Under the pieces are notes generated by a model, which worked only from the letters and a program-made list of their open reading frames with translations, did no database searches and was not told the DNA's origin. The position numbers and the translations under genes are program-made. A DNA stretch of 63,598 bases, counting the filler, from Octopus bimaculoides (lineage: Eukaryota), in NCBI RefSeq assembly GCF_001194135.2. It is 4 parts of 4 records of this genome, joined end to end, with 100 filler letters (N's around TTAATTAATTAA, not from the genome) between each part and the next. Parts side by side here need not be neighbours in the genome. Positions count along the whole stretch, not along the records: positions 21,542 to 53,358 come from NC_068986.1; 3 more parts are not named here. One strand, given 5' to 3'. Of the stretch, positions 36,601 through 49,789 are shown in pieces; within the stretch, counting starts at the first letter, position 1, and the number at the start of each line of letters is the position of its first letter.

Positions 36601-39193
36601 GCTACCTCCCCCATAACTCGGTAAGCACCATTCTGTGCATTTCACACGCTTCTCTAGTCTCTCTGCCTCTCTTCACATGACCGAATTTCCCTTCTAACTA
36701 TCATCCAGCCCATCACACATATACTATTACGTTCCATTCATTACCTCTATACAGCAATATTTACATATTTACACGTACACACTCACCAACTTACATGCGC
36801 ACACAAATAAAATACATTTTCCCGATAAAGCAGTCACACAAGAAAACATAGATATACAACAAAGATTTCGCCTGTTATCTCTCTTGATTGAACTTCGCCA
36901 TTCAGTTCTGTTACTTCTGTTGGTTCATTTACTGACGTGCTTCGTCCATTAAAGAAACGCCACCCACATTTACTTGTATTTTTTTCCCCTTTCTGTCTGA
37001 GATTCTTGGGGTAAGACCACAGCTGAAAATGTAAAACCTTTCTTTATTTCTTACTTAGAACATGAAATTAATTGGATTGTATTTCTATTTCGATTTCTTT
37101 TTCTTGTTGTTCCTGAAATTGTTTTGAATATTTTTAAATGTAGATCGTCATTTCATAAACATCTCAAATTCATTATGACCATAGAATTATGTTTTTACAA
37201 ATAGATGTAAAATTTAAGTAAGAAATGAATGTAATACCTATTCCAATAAGGAGTAAATTAATACAGTCATTTAACATAGGTTCTAGATAATACACGACAA
37301 AAATAGCATTCATTTCTAAGTGGACACACTTTCAATGTAGACTCCTCTTCCGAAACTTAAGACCTGACACGTCTTTAAACTTAAAAATATAACAAAAAAT
37401 AACGCTCTACGCATTTAGGACACATTAATTTCGGTGCATTAAAAAAATAAGCAATAATTATAAATACTTCACTAATTTAAAGATCACAGAGAAAAAGAAA
37501 TGAAATACATTCTGAAATGATTTCCACCTATAATAAAACTTAGAGAAAAGACTTTCATTCATTATTGAGATTGAAATAGAAGTTTCTACCAAGGATGTTT
37601 TTCCGCAAAGCACGCCAAGTTTTTACAAGCCTTGAAGCAACCGTAGTTGAATTTGGTGTTTTGATTAGGAATGAAATTTCAGACAAGCAGTAAAAATGTT
37701 CAGGTGTTCAAGATTAAAGAGAGCATTACTGTAAAATACTTCCTTTGGAACATAAAATGTTTACATTGCTCACTTAATCGAAAGGAAAATGTTCCTATAG
37801 AAGTACTTTCAATAGATGAATGTGAAGCCATTCAATAGTTGAATGTGAAGGTTCTCTAGAATGATATTACGCAACACAGTAAAGAATCGTATTAAATCTG
37901 TTGCGAATAAAGGACTTTCAATAGATTACAGAAGCAGAAGAGAACGCACAGATCAGCAAGAAAATATATGTCACACAGTCCAGACAATATCTCAAACATC
38001 TGAAGGAGAAAGGGCAGCCAATAACTTGTTTACCATTTATACAATACTTACTGTGCCATAACTAAGATCTACAACTGTTTAGTGAGAAATTATGCATATC
38101 AAATTAGCAGAATAAGATCCAGAGATTACTAATATTATCCAAAAGTACTGAAATAGTTGTACAAATAATAAAAAAAAACACATCGGTAAAGCAAATTAAT
38201 TAGTGTACGTGTCATCTGTTTGCGTCTCAAAGATATAGTCACATGCGGTATGTACTGCATTTCGCTGAAACTCATGAAATCATTAACGAAGGATAGGGAA
38301 AGAATGTGAATTTTCACTTACAAAGAGGAAATCTATGAGAGAAATGGTCATTATCATTCCGGTATTATTCAAGGAAACACTTGAACTCACTCCAATACTG
38401 CGTTCGCACTACCGAGCAGCTTTCATAAAAGGGTGGAGTTAACATTTCGTGATTGATCTAGGAGAGTGAACAGAAGATCTGGAATAGAAGGTGATAGAAA
38501 CGTTCATCGACGGAAATATTTTATGCTTGACTGTCGCCGAATTCAAATCTGGTATAACTCCATCATGAAAAATCTGAAAAGATTCAAATTAATTAGAAAA
38601 TTATCGTAAGAGAATTTGGTTAGAACAAGGAAGCAAATACATTAGTAGTGAGTAGAGTATCCAACTCAGTAAAATGATAAGGGAAAAAAAAAACCATTCC
38701 AAAATTATACTATTATTTACGAATACGCATAACTCTTAATTTCGTAACACCACCACCAGTGGCCGCATTGCCGACCGAAATGTACACTATCTCGAAAATC
38801 TTGACAGGCAGAAAAACGAGGAAACATCACACGAATCTTAATTATGGCTTAGATCGACTGTTTATCTGAAAACAAACATGTTAGCATGAATTAGTTGTTA
38901 TCTGTAGTCTACTTATGAAGCTGCTATCTTCAAGATCAAGAAATACTTCCACTTGGACATCGATAAGTTCATCACAATTAGTCAGGAACATGATGCAAAA
39001 GCTAAATACTGCCCCTTTATAGCATCTTTTTTATTTTCCTAATGTGTGTGTGTGTGTGTGTGTGTGTGCGTGCGTGTTGGTTATACATGTATAAGAGGAA
39101 AAAAAACCTGCATACATATATACACACATAAACGAACATGTATGTGAATATATATATTGATATACACACACACATATCTACATACATACATAT

Positions 39194-39230
<37 letters not shown>

Positions 39231-40682
39231 NNNNNNNNNNNNNNNNNNNNNNNNNNNNNNNNNNNNNNNNNNNNNNNNNNNNNNNNNNNNNNNNNNNNNN
39301 NNNNNNNNNNNNNNNNNNNNNNNNNNNNNNNNNNNNNNNNNNNNNNNNNNNNNNNNNNNNNNNNNNNNNNNNNNNNNNNNNNNNNNNNNNNNNNNNNNNN
39401 NNNNNNNNNNNNNNNNNNNNNNNNNNNNNNNNNNNNNNNNNNNNNNNNNNNNNNNNNNNNNNNNNNNNNNNNNNNNNNNNNNNNNNNNNNNNNNNNNNNN
39501 NNNNNNNNNNNNNNNNNNNNNNNNNNNNNNNNNNNNNNNNNNNNNNNNNNNNNNNNNNNNNNNNNNNNNNNNNNNNNNNNNNNNNNNNNNNNNNNNNNNN
39601 NNNNNNNNNNNNNNNTATCTAGAAAGAACCTCTCATATGACTTCGTGGTGCATAAAAGCACTCGTATTTATATCTTTGACAGGCGAAGAACGTCTGCTAC
39701 AGCCACCGAAACAGCCAGATCACGTGATTCCACCCTGTTTTCGGTTCCTCAGTGGCAGACGTCCGGTCGCGACATAACAACGGACAACAATATATAGAAT
39801 TTCAGTGTCTTTTCTGGAACTGATGTCGCAGTGCTTTTAAAAACGACCAGTCTATATGAAAGGATCTCTCTTGGTAAATAACGCTGTATTCGGTGTTCAA
39901 ACAAAACATTTATGTTAAATTGAACATAAAGATTGCTTTTGGTATTAATACTTCTGTCTTTATTTATATACATATATACACATGTATTTCCCTATTTTCT
40001 ATATTTCTGCTTAAGAATGTATATGATGTAACAACAATTTCCGGCTGCAAGAATATTTCTTACAGGACAAGTTAACATGAAACCAGTATCTAAAAACGTT
40101 TTATAAAAGCTCTTAATATATTAAGGAAATACTATATTTTCGAACGCGACAGCTGCAAAATTATTTATTGGAATTTTTTGGACCACACATCAAAAAACTG
40201 ATAGAAGGTAAACGTTTTCAGATTAACAGGAAGCTTAGTTGTAAAGCATTTTAATCTGTTATTTGAAACTATTGAACATTAAAAGTCTACAGATTAAAAA
40301 AAATATCTACATGAAAACATGTCTGATAACTTTCGGCGGTTTTGATGTAAAAGGAGTGGGGAAATAATCTCTATATTTTTATAATACTTTCCAGAAAACT
40401 GAGCCGACTAAAGTGAAGAGTGAGATGAACCTTTTCATCCAGGAATTATGTTAATGAAGAAGGCTGCATAGGCCAGTCAATAAATGGGTATTATAATTAA
40501 ATTTGATGTTTGAATTATAATTTACGCTATATAAATTATAAGACAAATATCATTTAAAAATCCAGTATTATTGTTTTGTTTGTTTTCTCTTATGCCTATA
40601 TATTGAAGCATGACATATTTTCGTTTAAAAAATACCAAGTAGTGCAGTTCTAATTTTATCAACAACCGAAAGAATAAATATA

Positions 40683-40838
40683 ATTCTTTCTATAAAGAAT
40701 TTAACTTATTTTATCGACGCCGAAAGGATAAATAGTGAAGTCGATTGGGGCGGAATCTTAGCTAAGAACATAAAGGCGAGCGAAATACCGATAAGCATTT
40801 AGTCTGACGAGCTAAGAACTCTGCCAGCTTGCAGCATC
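40683..40838 (-). mobile_element. SINE family A, diverged and internally deleted, with a probable TSD
   Basis: Revcomp head and body are recognisable. Flanks aaagaataaatata (40669-40682) / aaagaaacaatata (40840-40853), 12/14. Confidence 0.7.
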
Positions 40839-42516
40839 AAAAGAAACAATATAGTAAAAGAACTACTGAACACAAAACATAAGAAGCAGAGAAAATGTTA
40901 TTTCCAATATTCCTATAACTGGAATGTTTAAACATGGACTTGAAACAATATGCTTCGTAGTAAACAGGCGGTCAAACGTGACACAGTCCTGCACAACAAA
41001 CATCATAAATATAGATCTTACATATTTTATTTGAGGATATACAGGACTGAAAAAAGAAAAGATGTAACAATGAATAATAACGTGCAAATACACACAAAAA
41101 ACTAACCGGATAAACGGTCTTGCATAATGCTAGAGTCTGCCAAATTTCCAGCAGCATTAAATTGAGCATTGTGATAAAATCAATAGAGTGAACGAAGATT
41201 TGTATACAAAACCGATCTTCATTGACGAAAATAATTCATATAGCGCTTAATATCGGCACAAGTAAAAACATCACGCCCGAGCAGATAGGTGAAGTGCAGT
41301 TGACACAATTCGGTTCTAAGATGACTACTGGTGCACATATCAAGCAATGTACAGGATACTCTCAGAAATATAGCAAACACACAAGAAAAAGAAAAGTAGA
41401 AGAAAGTGGCGTCTGCTTAACAAAGTTTCCCATGCGTGTCACATAGAAAATGCCGTCGGGAGGTAGGAAGAGAGCTGAGTAGAGGGAGGAGAATTATTGC
41501 ATGATGGGAAATTTAATATTCAGTATCTTCTGAGTTTTCTCAAACAATTCTCGATAACTAACACTTATACAATTTACAACCAAGTGGTAAATATGTATGA
41601 CCAAGTATAACTAATGTATCTGTAAAGCAATATCCTACCAACATTAGTCAGACTGAAAACATCAATAAGAGGAAAGCGTGACCTAGAGAATATAGAAGCG
41701 TTTAAATAAACGCAGAGTTACATAGGTTATCTCGCGTCAAAATAGAAATACACTGAATATTCATTGTGTGCTTTGCGGCTGCTTGTTTACTAGGAAAGAG
41801 ATTTGACATGAAACCAATAGACGAGAATAACATAATAAATGAATTTTGGTCAAAGGGAACACTAGTAGGTGATATACAACTACTGCAGTAAAATCTTAGA
41901 AGAGTTGGCTGTGACTGTCTTGAAGAGTATAAAACTTCAAAAAACTCTGTGATATATAACATTTCTACCGGAATGGAAAATATCAAAGAGTAACTGGTTA
42001 TATTCTAAGATATTTTGAGCAAAAAAGACAATCCAAGAGATTGATCTCTTTAAACCAGAACCAGTAAGTAGTGGGGCTGGTTGGTTATATGCCTATAAGG
42101 CTGCGTATGAGGGATATAATAACACCAAGCAAATATTTAATAGTAAATTTATCTCAATGGACGAATAATATTTAAGTTGATCATGAATTATAATGTTCCG
42201 AGATCAAGTCAACACAATTGAAGGAATAATTCTGTAGCATTGAGGATTAGTAGATTACAAAAGCTCTATACTGAAGCTTGCTAAGACTGGAGAAGATATA
42301 CATAGTAGATACATTTCAACCAGATAAATCAGCATATCTAAACTGAGCAGACAATCGTGATAACGGCTATTACAAAGGCGAGAGAATGACTGTAGTTGGC
42401 TCTCAGGTTACCACGCACACTGAAAATTGGCGCTAACACTGGCCTTTATATAACCCTTGTGGGAAAAAGTTCCAGAATGATCTAGCTTGACCCATCACAT
42501 CAAGTCTGGCCACATC

Positions 42517-42560
42517 TGTGAGAGACCATATTATTGGCCACAATAATATGGTCTCTCACA
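42517..42560. repeat. Perfect 20-bp inverted repeat with a 4-nt loop
   Basis: TGTGAGAGACCATATTATTG-GCCA-CAATAATATGGTCTCTCACA. Confidence 0.95.
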
Positions 42561-43499
42561 TAAACAAGCAATTGTTCTGTCATGACTTTAACTTCGTAAT
42601 TCGACGAATTGGTTTCGAGTCTCGCTAAAGTAACTATACCAAATGGCGAAAAACATCGAGTGAACGGTATGCTGAACAACAAATCTCTAGGAACCGATAT
42701 TGAACATGGTAATAGTTGAAATATGTTATTTCATGCTTACAAAAAAACTAGCTTCTACCACAGACTGCGGGAGATACATGTTATATTTTTCTTTTTAATT
42801 ACTTTTCATTTGCCAAGCCTCAGTAAAAAGATGATGTCGATAAATATGATACCAGCCAGAATCGAGTTATAAGAAAACAAGTCATATACAAAAATACTCG
42901 AAGAAACAGCCTTATTCGATATATGACAATGAAGTGTGTACTGTTACTGAAGTTACATAGTACACATAAATTAAATCCCAACATGGACAATGAAACACTA
43001 TGAGAAGAATTATAACTAATCATGATTGTGAAGGCCTCTGTTGTTATAATACGAAGCAAAACTAACGAGACTTTAATGATCAGAACTAACCTCATGTAAG
43101 TGTTCTATACACAAACCAAAAGATAACAGATTACTAAAGTTAAGAAAAGCTGTCGACTTTAAAGTCTTTGACTTGACTTCATGGTTTACCTTTAGGTTTG
43201 AATCATAACACCAAATTACAATTTTTATAATACCTAAAAGAAATGCAAACAAACATAATAGAAACAGATTTTGAGCCTCCAACTAATTCCGATTCAGAAA
43301 AGAGAATGTAGATAGAGTTGCTGCAAAATGATGGTCAATATGTACTACAAACATCGACTTATCAATTTGTACTTTGATCTCTACTACAATATTTGCCACA
43401 GCATTTAAACGAAAATATCCAGCGAAACAGAAAGAAAAACATTAAACATAACTGGCTTTAAATATCAAAAGACATTGTTGGTTTTCTGTTTTTTCTCAT

Positions 43500-44250
43500 A
43501 AATTTGCATGAGGGAAGCACAGAATTTATTGCAATGATTGAAAACATTAACCAAGAATCGAAGCGTTTAAATTACTAATTTAACACTTGAAAATACCAAC
43601 ACATGTATTATAAGCATATTGAAACTTTTGTAAAAACTATTCTCTCAATTATTGATTTGATTGTATGTCATATGTGCATGACCATACAGTGTTTTATGTA
43701 ATATACAATGATTTTTTTTTTTTAGTCATTGAAATAGAGTTAGTACATTAATTCTAATTCAGAATAGTTGGCTGAAATCTAGAACTAGAACCGTAAGTTG
43801 ACTTGAATGAAGAAAAAATACCAATTTTGTAGAATCATGATTTCAGTACGAATGAGTGGTGAATTAAAAATTTTAATCGAACTTCCTACTCTACAGAAAT
43901 AATACTTCACATGGTTGCTTGGGTTTTTTGACGAGAAGTGAAATATTCCATTCTTTAAACATAAGAGTGAAACCGAAGTCTACAAACGCACTTTATCACA
44001 GATGTTTCATCTCTAGATATATATTGATCCAACGTCTACATATTAAATTATTTCAGTTGTTTATTCTAGCTCTTCACCCAAACTGATTTATATTATTGAT
44101 TTCGCCATCATTTTATGTCCCTGAAGCATAAAACGTTGATTCACATCATTTTCACTTAACCGATATGAATCGACATGCCACAATATAGACTTCTACGACT
44201 CCTGATTTCTAAAACTATACTTCATCTAAACACCAGTCAAGTCGATATGT
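43500..44250 (-). mobile_element. Possible RTE-like LINE C-terminal remnant
   Basis: 'KSILWHVDSYRLSENDVNQRF' weakly resembles RTE 'SVLLYG.E.W.L......L..F'. Confidence 0.25.
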
Positions 44251-44892
44251 TCATTCCCAAGAAAGATGTGTATTTCAAAAATTAATACAATTTAGCTTAA
44301 ATGTAAACCTAACAAATTTTGACATATCTAAAAATAAAAAAAACATATATATTTTTAGTGTAAATGTTCTTATTTAGGCAAGGTTTTATCTAATAACAAT
44401 GTGTACTAATTAATTACAGCTGTTGATTACTAATAAATTATTTTCATATTAACTAAGTAGCATTATTATTCAATATAATTTTCAGGTTAATTTTTAGTAA
44501 ATAAGCAACAAAACTAAATATGTTTGCTGATACCCAGTCAAGCCAAATATCAACGTCGTGTATTTTCATTAACTAACATTTAACTAATACTTTTTATTTT
44601 TAGATTCTTAATCACAGCTCCAAGTACCCTTCAAGCAATAGCAAATTGAGAACAAAACACACATAACAAAACTAGCCATGAATATATTTCCAACAGTTAC
44701 ACCTACGTATAGCTATTAGTAATATAGATTAAGTAGTTTCTTGTGTATTAATTAACGCGAGATTAATACTTAACCTTGTCTCTCCTATTGACTTTGCTGA
44801 AAGAAAATATACCAACGTGAAAATTGAAAATTTATTTTATATTCAAGGAAGAAGTGAAGGTGGGAATCATGAAAATCTGAATGAAATGGACA

Positions 44893-45112
44893 AATATTGG
44901 TTTCAAACTTAGGCACGAGACCAGTAAGTTCAGGGTAGTGGACAAGTCGATTACATAGATCTCAGTGTTCAACTGGTACTTATTTGATCGCCCCAGAAAG
45001 GATAAAAGGTGAATTAAACCTTGGTGGTAGTTGAACTCGGAACATAAAGACGGACGAAATGCTGTAATGCATTTTATCTGGCATGCTTAACGATTTTACC
45101 AGTTCGCTGCCT
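44893..45112 (-). mobile_element. SINE family A with tail type 3
   Basis: Tail revcomp 'aatattggtttcaaacttaggcacgag'; the head ends 'accagttcgctgcct'. Confidence 0.75.
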
Positions 45113-45353
45113 AATGTATAACAAATAGAACTGAGCGTCAACAGAAAGGCAGAAGTCTGAAAATGTTTTAGTAAAATATAAAACTGTCGATTGCTTAGAT
45201 AAATACGGATAACAGACACTAGTTGTTTGATCCCTGATATAGAACACAAGGGTTAACTCACTAACTCTTCCCTTGCATCAGGCACTTGATGTAGAATGTA
45301 TCTTCACAAGTATACTTTTTACGTGTCTATAAATGAAGTTTACTTATTCGCTT

Positions 45354-45497
45354 AAGTGAAGGTGGAAATCATGATGAAAATCTGAATGAAATGGACAAAT
45401 ATTGGTTTCAAACTTTGGCACGAGACTAGTAAGTTCAGATAAGTGGACAAGTCAATTACCTAGACCTCAGTGTTTAACTGGTACTTATTTGATCGCC
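45354..45497. repeat. Local direct duplication of 44852-44992 (SINE tail plus unique flank)
   Basis: The shared unique flank 'aagtgaaggtgg(g/a)aatcatg...aaaatctgaatgaaatggacaaatattgg' shows duplication rather than independent insertion. Confidence 0.85.
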
Positions 45498-45847
45498 AGT
45501 GTTCAACTACTACTTATTGAACTCACCATTTTCGTTTGTTTACAGAAATTATTCAAATAATTAAGTTACATGATTTGCACTGCTTTTTCAAGAATTTTTA
45601 GTAAATGAGGTAAATTTTTAATAAATTAGAAACAAAACTAAATATTTTTGCCGACTAAAAGATACCCAGTCAAACCAAATATCAACGCCATGTAAAATTA
45701 TAATTTCTAATATGTATTTTTGAAACAATACACTGAAATATAAATTATATATTATTGACCAATTAAGTATAGAACTATGGTGATTCACCTTGGGCTTATT
45801 GACAGGAAATTAATCTAGTGGGAGCACTATCAAAGTAAACAATGATC

Positions 45848-45888
<41 letters not shown>

Positions 45889-45939
45889 CTATGTGTGTGT
45901 GTGTATCTATGTGTGTGTGTGTATCTATATGTGTGTGTG

Positions 45940-46158
45940 TCTCGTGACTGTGCTTGACCCCTACCACCACTTGTAAACCATTGTTGGTGTGTTTACGCCC
46001 TCGTAACATAGCGGTTCGGTAAAAGAGACCGTTGGAATAATTAGTAGACTTAAATAAGTCCTGTGGTCGATTTGTTCGACTAAAACCCGTTAATGTGGTG
46101 CCCCAGTATGGCTGCAGTCAGATGACTAACTCAAGTAAAAGATAAAAGATAAAAGATA
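45940..46158 (+). mobile_element. SINE family B, 3' half
   Basis: 'gtgtttacgccctcgtaacatagcggttcgg...gtcgatttgttcgactaaa...gcagtcagatgact...(aaaagat)n' follows a TG microsatellite. Confidence 0.8.
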
Positions 46159-46383
46159 CATATAAAATTGTAATACATTGTATCCTACTACAAAGATTTC
46201 TATTATACAGACAACACTGGTGTGGACAACCTCGCAATATATATATAAATGCTATAACTTATTTTCATATCATGATAATTTTCAGTTTGAGATAGAAATA
46301 ATTAAAATATAAACATTATGTATGTAAATAAACTAAAAAAATATAATCTATAATATATGGATATCAATATATGTACATGCATG

Positions 46384-46619
46384 AGGCGGCGAGCTGGCAG
46401 AAACGTTAGCACGCCGGGCGAAATGCTTCGCGGTATTTCGTTTGTCTTTACGTTCTGAGTTCAAATTCCGCCGAGGTCGACTTTACCTTTTATCCTTTCG
46501 GGGTCGATAAATTAGGTACCAGTTACGCACTGAGGTCGATGTAATCGACTTAATCCCTTTGTCTGTCCTTGTTTGTCCCCTCTATGTTTAGCCCCTTGTG
46601 GGAAATAAAGAAATAAGAA
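46384..46619 (+). mobile_element. SINE family A, full length, tail type 1
   Basis: ggcggcgagctggcagaa head, gagttcaaattcc B box, tail 'ttaatccctttgtctgtcc...gccccttgtgggaaataaagaaataagaa'. Confidence 0.9.
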
Positions 46620-46813
46620 TCGTTAACACGCCAGCCAAAATGCTTAGTGGCATTTCGTCCGTTTTTACGTTCTAAGCTCAAATTTCTCTGAGGTCGACTT
46701 TGAAATTCATCCTTTCAAGTTCGATAAAATAAGTACCATATTAACACTGGTAAGTCGATTACATCGACTCACTTCTCTTGAACTTGCTGACCTTGTGCCA
46801 AAATTTGAAACCA
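46617..46813 (+). mobile_element. SINE family A, 5'-clipped, tail type 3, fused to the preceding copy
   Basis: Starts at gaatcgttaacacgcc and ends 'ccttgtgccaaaatttgaaacca'. Confidence 0.85.
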
Positions 46814-47079
46814 GTAGATGTGCGCAACGCGCGTCTGTGTGTGTATGTGTGGAAATGCATATATTTTCGCAATAGCTACTCGTGGCGTCTCGGGACTATG
46901 CTCATTTCAATCTTGAGAAGAACTCTATTGACCAAAGGACGCAACTCTGTGAATTACTTAGCTATATTAATTATGTATGATACACACACAAAAAAAGGTT
47001 AAATTTCAGCTAAAGACTGCTATATAAATTGTTCTAAAAATGTAATGATAACAGGTACCTGAGTGAAGTTATCTTAGCT

Positions 47080-48200
47080 CAAGATGAGAAACATAATGTT
47101 TTATAAATGATAGAGAGTAAATTTAAGGAGCAGAAAGAAATATTGCAGAAAGAAAGAAGAGGATAGAAATTGTAAAGCAAATGTTTGGAAGGGGGGGAAA
47201 AGATAAAAGAGGAAGTGAAAAAGTGAGAGAACGCGCCATTCACAGTCAGATGATTTACGATGGTTGTTTGTGGGTTGGATATTGGGCTTTTCAGTTGGCT
47301 AGTATGTACCTTTCTATGTGAAAATTTCATTTTTGGAGTTGAGGCCCGTATTAAGATCTTTTCAGTTGTTGTACAACTAGTGCCCTCTCAGGTAGAGTCA
47401 TTTCATAGTCCTCTAACTATATGCTTTTGACCTCTCGAATACCTTCCCTTTGCTGTTGTATAAAATCTTACTGACTTTCAAAGACCATATATGGTTTGCC
47501 AATATCGTGGTTACTTCTTGTCTCAATTACTGAACGATGGCAAATGGTTGTAGAACCTTTGCTACAATCAGCCCTGCACCATACTTACAGAAAGCTTTCT
47601 CACCTCTACTTCATTAGATGCTATTTTGAGTGCTTTCTGCTTCATAGACAACATGCAACATGAGATGCAGAATCTCTGGTCTAAAGAGTATGTGTCTTTA
47701 TTCTTGCATGAATATCCTGGGTCTAAAATTCTCATTTTAGATGCTATTAATAATTTCAAGCTTGAATCACAGGAGTTGCTGATTTCCGCAATTCAGCGGT
47801 TAAGATTATATTGCAACTGTATTGTGCTGAAAAATGTTTGTCTAGGAGACCAAGAATCTACTACTTACCTTACTTTTAACGTCCACGGAGACTGTGAATG
47901 CTTAGCACTCATTTTTTGATGGCCTATTCTTGGATCATTTGGCTTGGGTGAATAGCTAGCTAACAAGATGGCGAATCGTAAGTAATAATCGAAAGGAAGC
48001 AACGGGAAATCTCCACTGTATTCTCCCAATATAATTAATTCCCTGACTAGCATATAATGCTTGTGAAGAAATCACTAGGGGTCGCTCTTCGGCGTGATGG
48101 AGAAGAGAAAGAATAAGTGGGATTTGAAGTTGAATGGATCAGAGAATAGTTTCAGTTCCCGCCTAGCTATTTCTGATGGGTCAGAGCTAAAGCTAATCAT
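47080..48200 (-). mobile_element. Degenerate RTE-like LINE RT fragment
   Basis: Minus-strand 'LIASKMRIL' (cf. IAAKIYNRIL), 'EKAF..YG', and a 'GLN.K' region. Heavily decayed. Confidence 0.4.
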
Positions 48201-48895
48201 ATTTATGCATCAATAAATAATATTGTAGCAGACCACAATACAACAGTTTTCTCTTTTGTATGAACTGCAAATTCCTTTCAAATATTCTCCAACAACTGTC
48301 ATTGAAGATAAATATTTAATCATATTCTGGAGATTTTGCCTTGGAGGTTTATTTAAAATTACATTGTTTTTGTTTTCTTTAATATTACATTTCATCCATG
48401 TTCAGCGTTTCCATTTTCATTCTAAATTTATCATTTTCTGCAAGCCAATTAATCAGAGTTTTGCGTACATTATGAAATGTGCACATCTTTTAAATTTCCC
48501 TAGGGCTCATTCATTTCTATATATACGTAGAACAATATTGCTTTTGTTCAGTCATTGTGATAACATGTAAAAGCCACTACACCCAAAAAAGGCTCGCCAA
48601 TGTCAATAAATAACATATGTATTTTTATTTATTCATATAGAAAGAGAGTAATGTTTCAATATACACATATTCTTGGTGTATCTGAATAATATTTTATGAA
48701 AATTACCAGAACTTTATATTTTCTGAATATTACATATCAGTCTATTATTTGGAACACATCAGTAATATAAAACTATGTACTAATGCGTGTAAAGTATTAT
48801 GCTTATTATGGATATCTGAGATTAAATAACGTATTTTATGAATGTGTTAAACTTCTATTAGAATATATATGAGCTAAAAATTGCGTATGAAAAGC

Positions 48896-48937
<42 letters not shown>

Positions 48938-49617
48938 ATCATTACCACGTACACACACATGTGTGCATGCATGTGTGTGTGTGTGTGCGTGCGCGTATGC
49001 GTATATGCACATTTCTGGAATGTTTTCGAAGATACGTATACCTCAAATTATTTTCAGTTAAATCAGTTGACAATATGCAAACGAAAAATTTTTTCATTAG
49101 AGTGAAAACACAAATGTAATAATATGTAATATTTTCTCGGTTTCCTTTTTTCTTTTCAATCAACTTTCTTTATCGTGTTTGTTTCTGAGATATAGATTGC
49201 GTCATATATTTTTGCATTCATAAAACTCTTCAATAATTTACTCTGGTTCCCCTGTGTAGAAACTCATTTATTTTAAATGGATTTAGTTCTTAGTCATCAA
49301 ATCGCATTCCTTTAAGACATCGGAATTTGTGATTTTGAGAACAATATTAGTTTACACTGGTTTAGCTACCGAAATCCAGGTTTCGTTTGAGCCCCCACTA
49401 ATGTCATACGTTTTCTATTATTACTTCTTATCCAATAGCGAGGCAAGGAGGGAACCCCAACGTGGTCATTCGCTCTACAAAAAATAATAGTCAAGTTGTC
49501 ATCAAATCATTTCATACCATCTTTTAAAAACCAAGGACACAGGTAATGTAGTGTTCCATAACAATAGAAGACTGAATGGTGATATAAACTAATTCAACGA
49601 TGGAATATATCCTCGGT

Positions 49618-49789
49618 AAGGCGACGAGCTGGCAGAATCGTTAGCACGCCGGGCGAAATGCTTAGTGGTATTTCGTCTGTCTTTACGTTCTGAGTTCAAA
49701 TTCCGCTGAAGTCGACTTTGCTGTTCATCCTTTCGGGGTCGATAAATTAAGTACCTAAAAACTTCGGGCCTTGTGCCTAGAGCAGAATA
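49618..49789 (+). mobile_element. SINE family A with an internal deletion, tail type 2 and TSD
   Basis: TSD gaatatatcctcggt (49603-49617) / gaatatatcctcagt (49790-49804), 14/15. Confidence 0.9.

Noticed and set aside
39712-39756. Minus-strand CTGAGGA...GAAA hammerhead-like match
   Set aside because: Only 3 nt lie between the core strands (no stem II) and stem III does not pair, so this is a chance match.
47583-47760. Minus-strand host exon ending at a strong GTAAGT donor
   Set aside because: It lies inside a decayed RTE-like RT fragment (KAF..YG motif spans the site).
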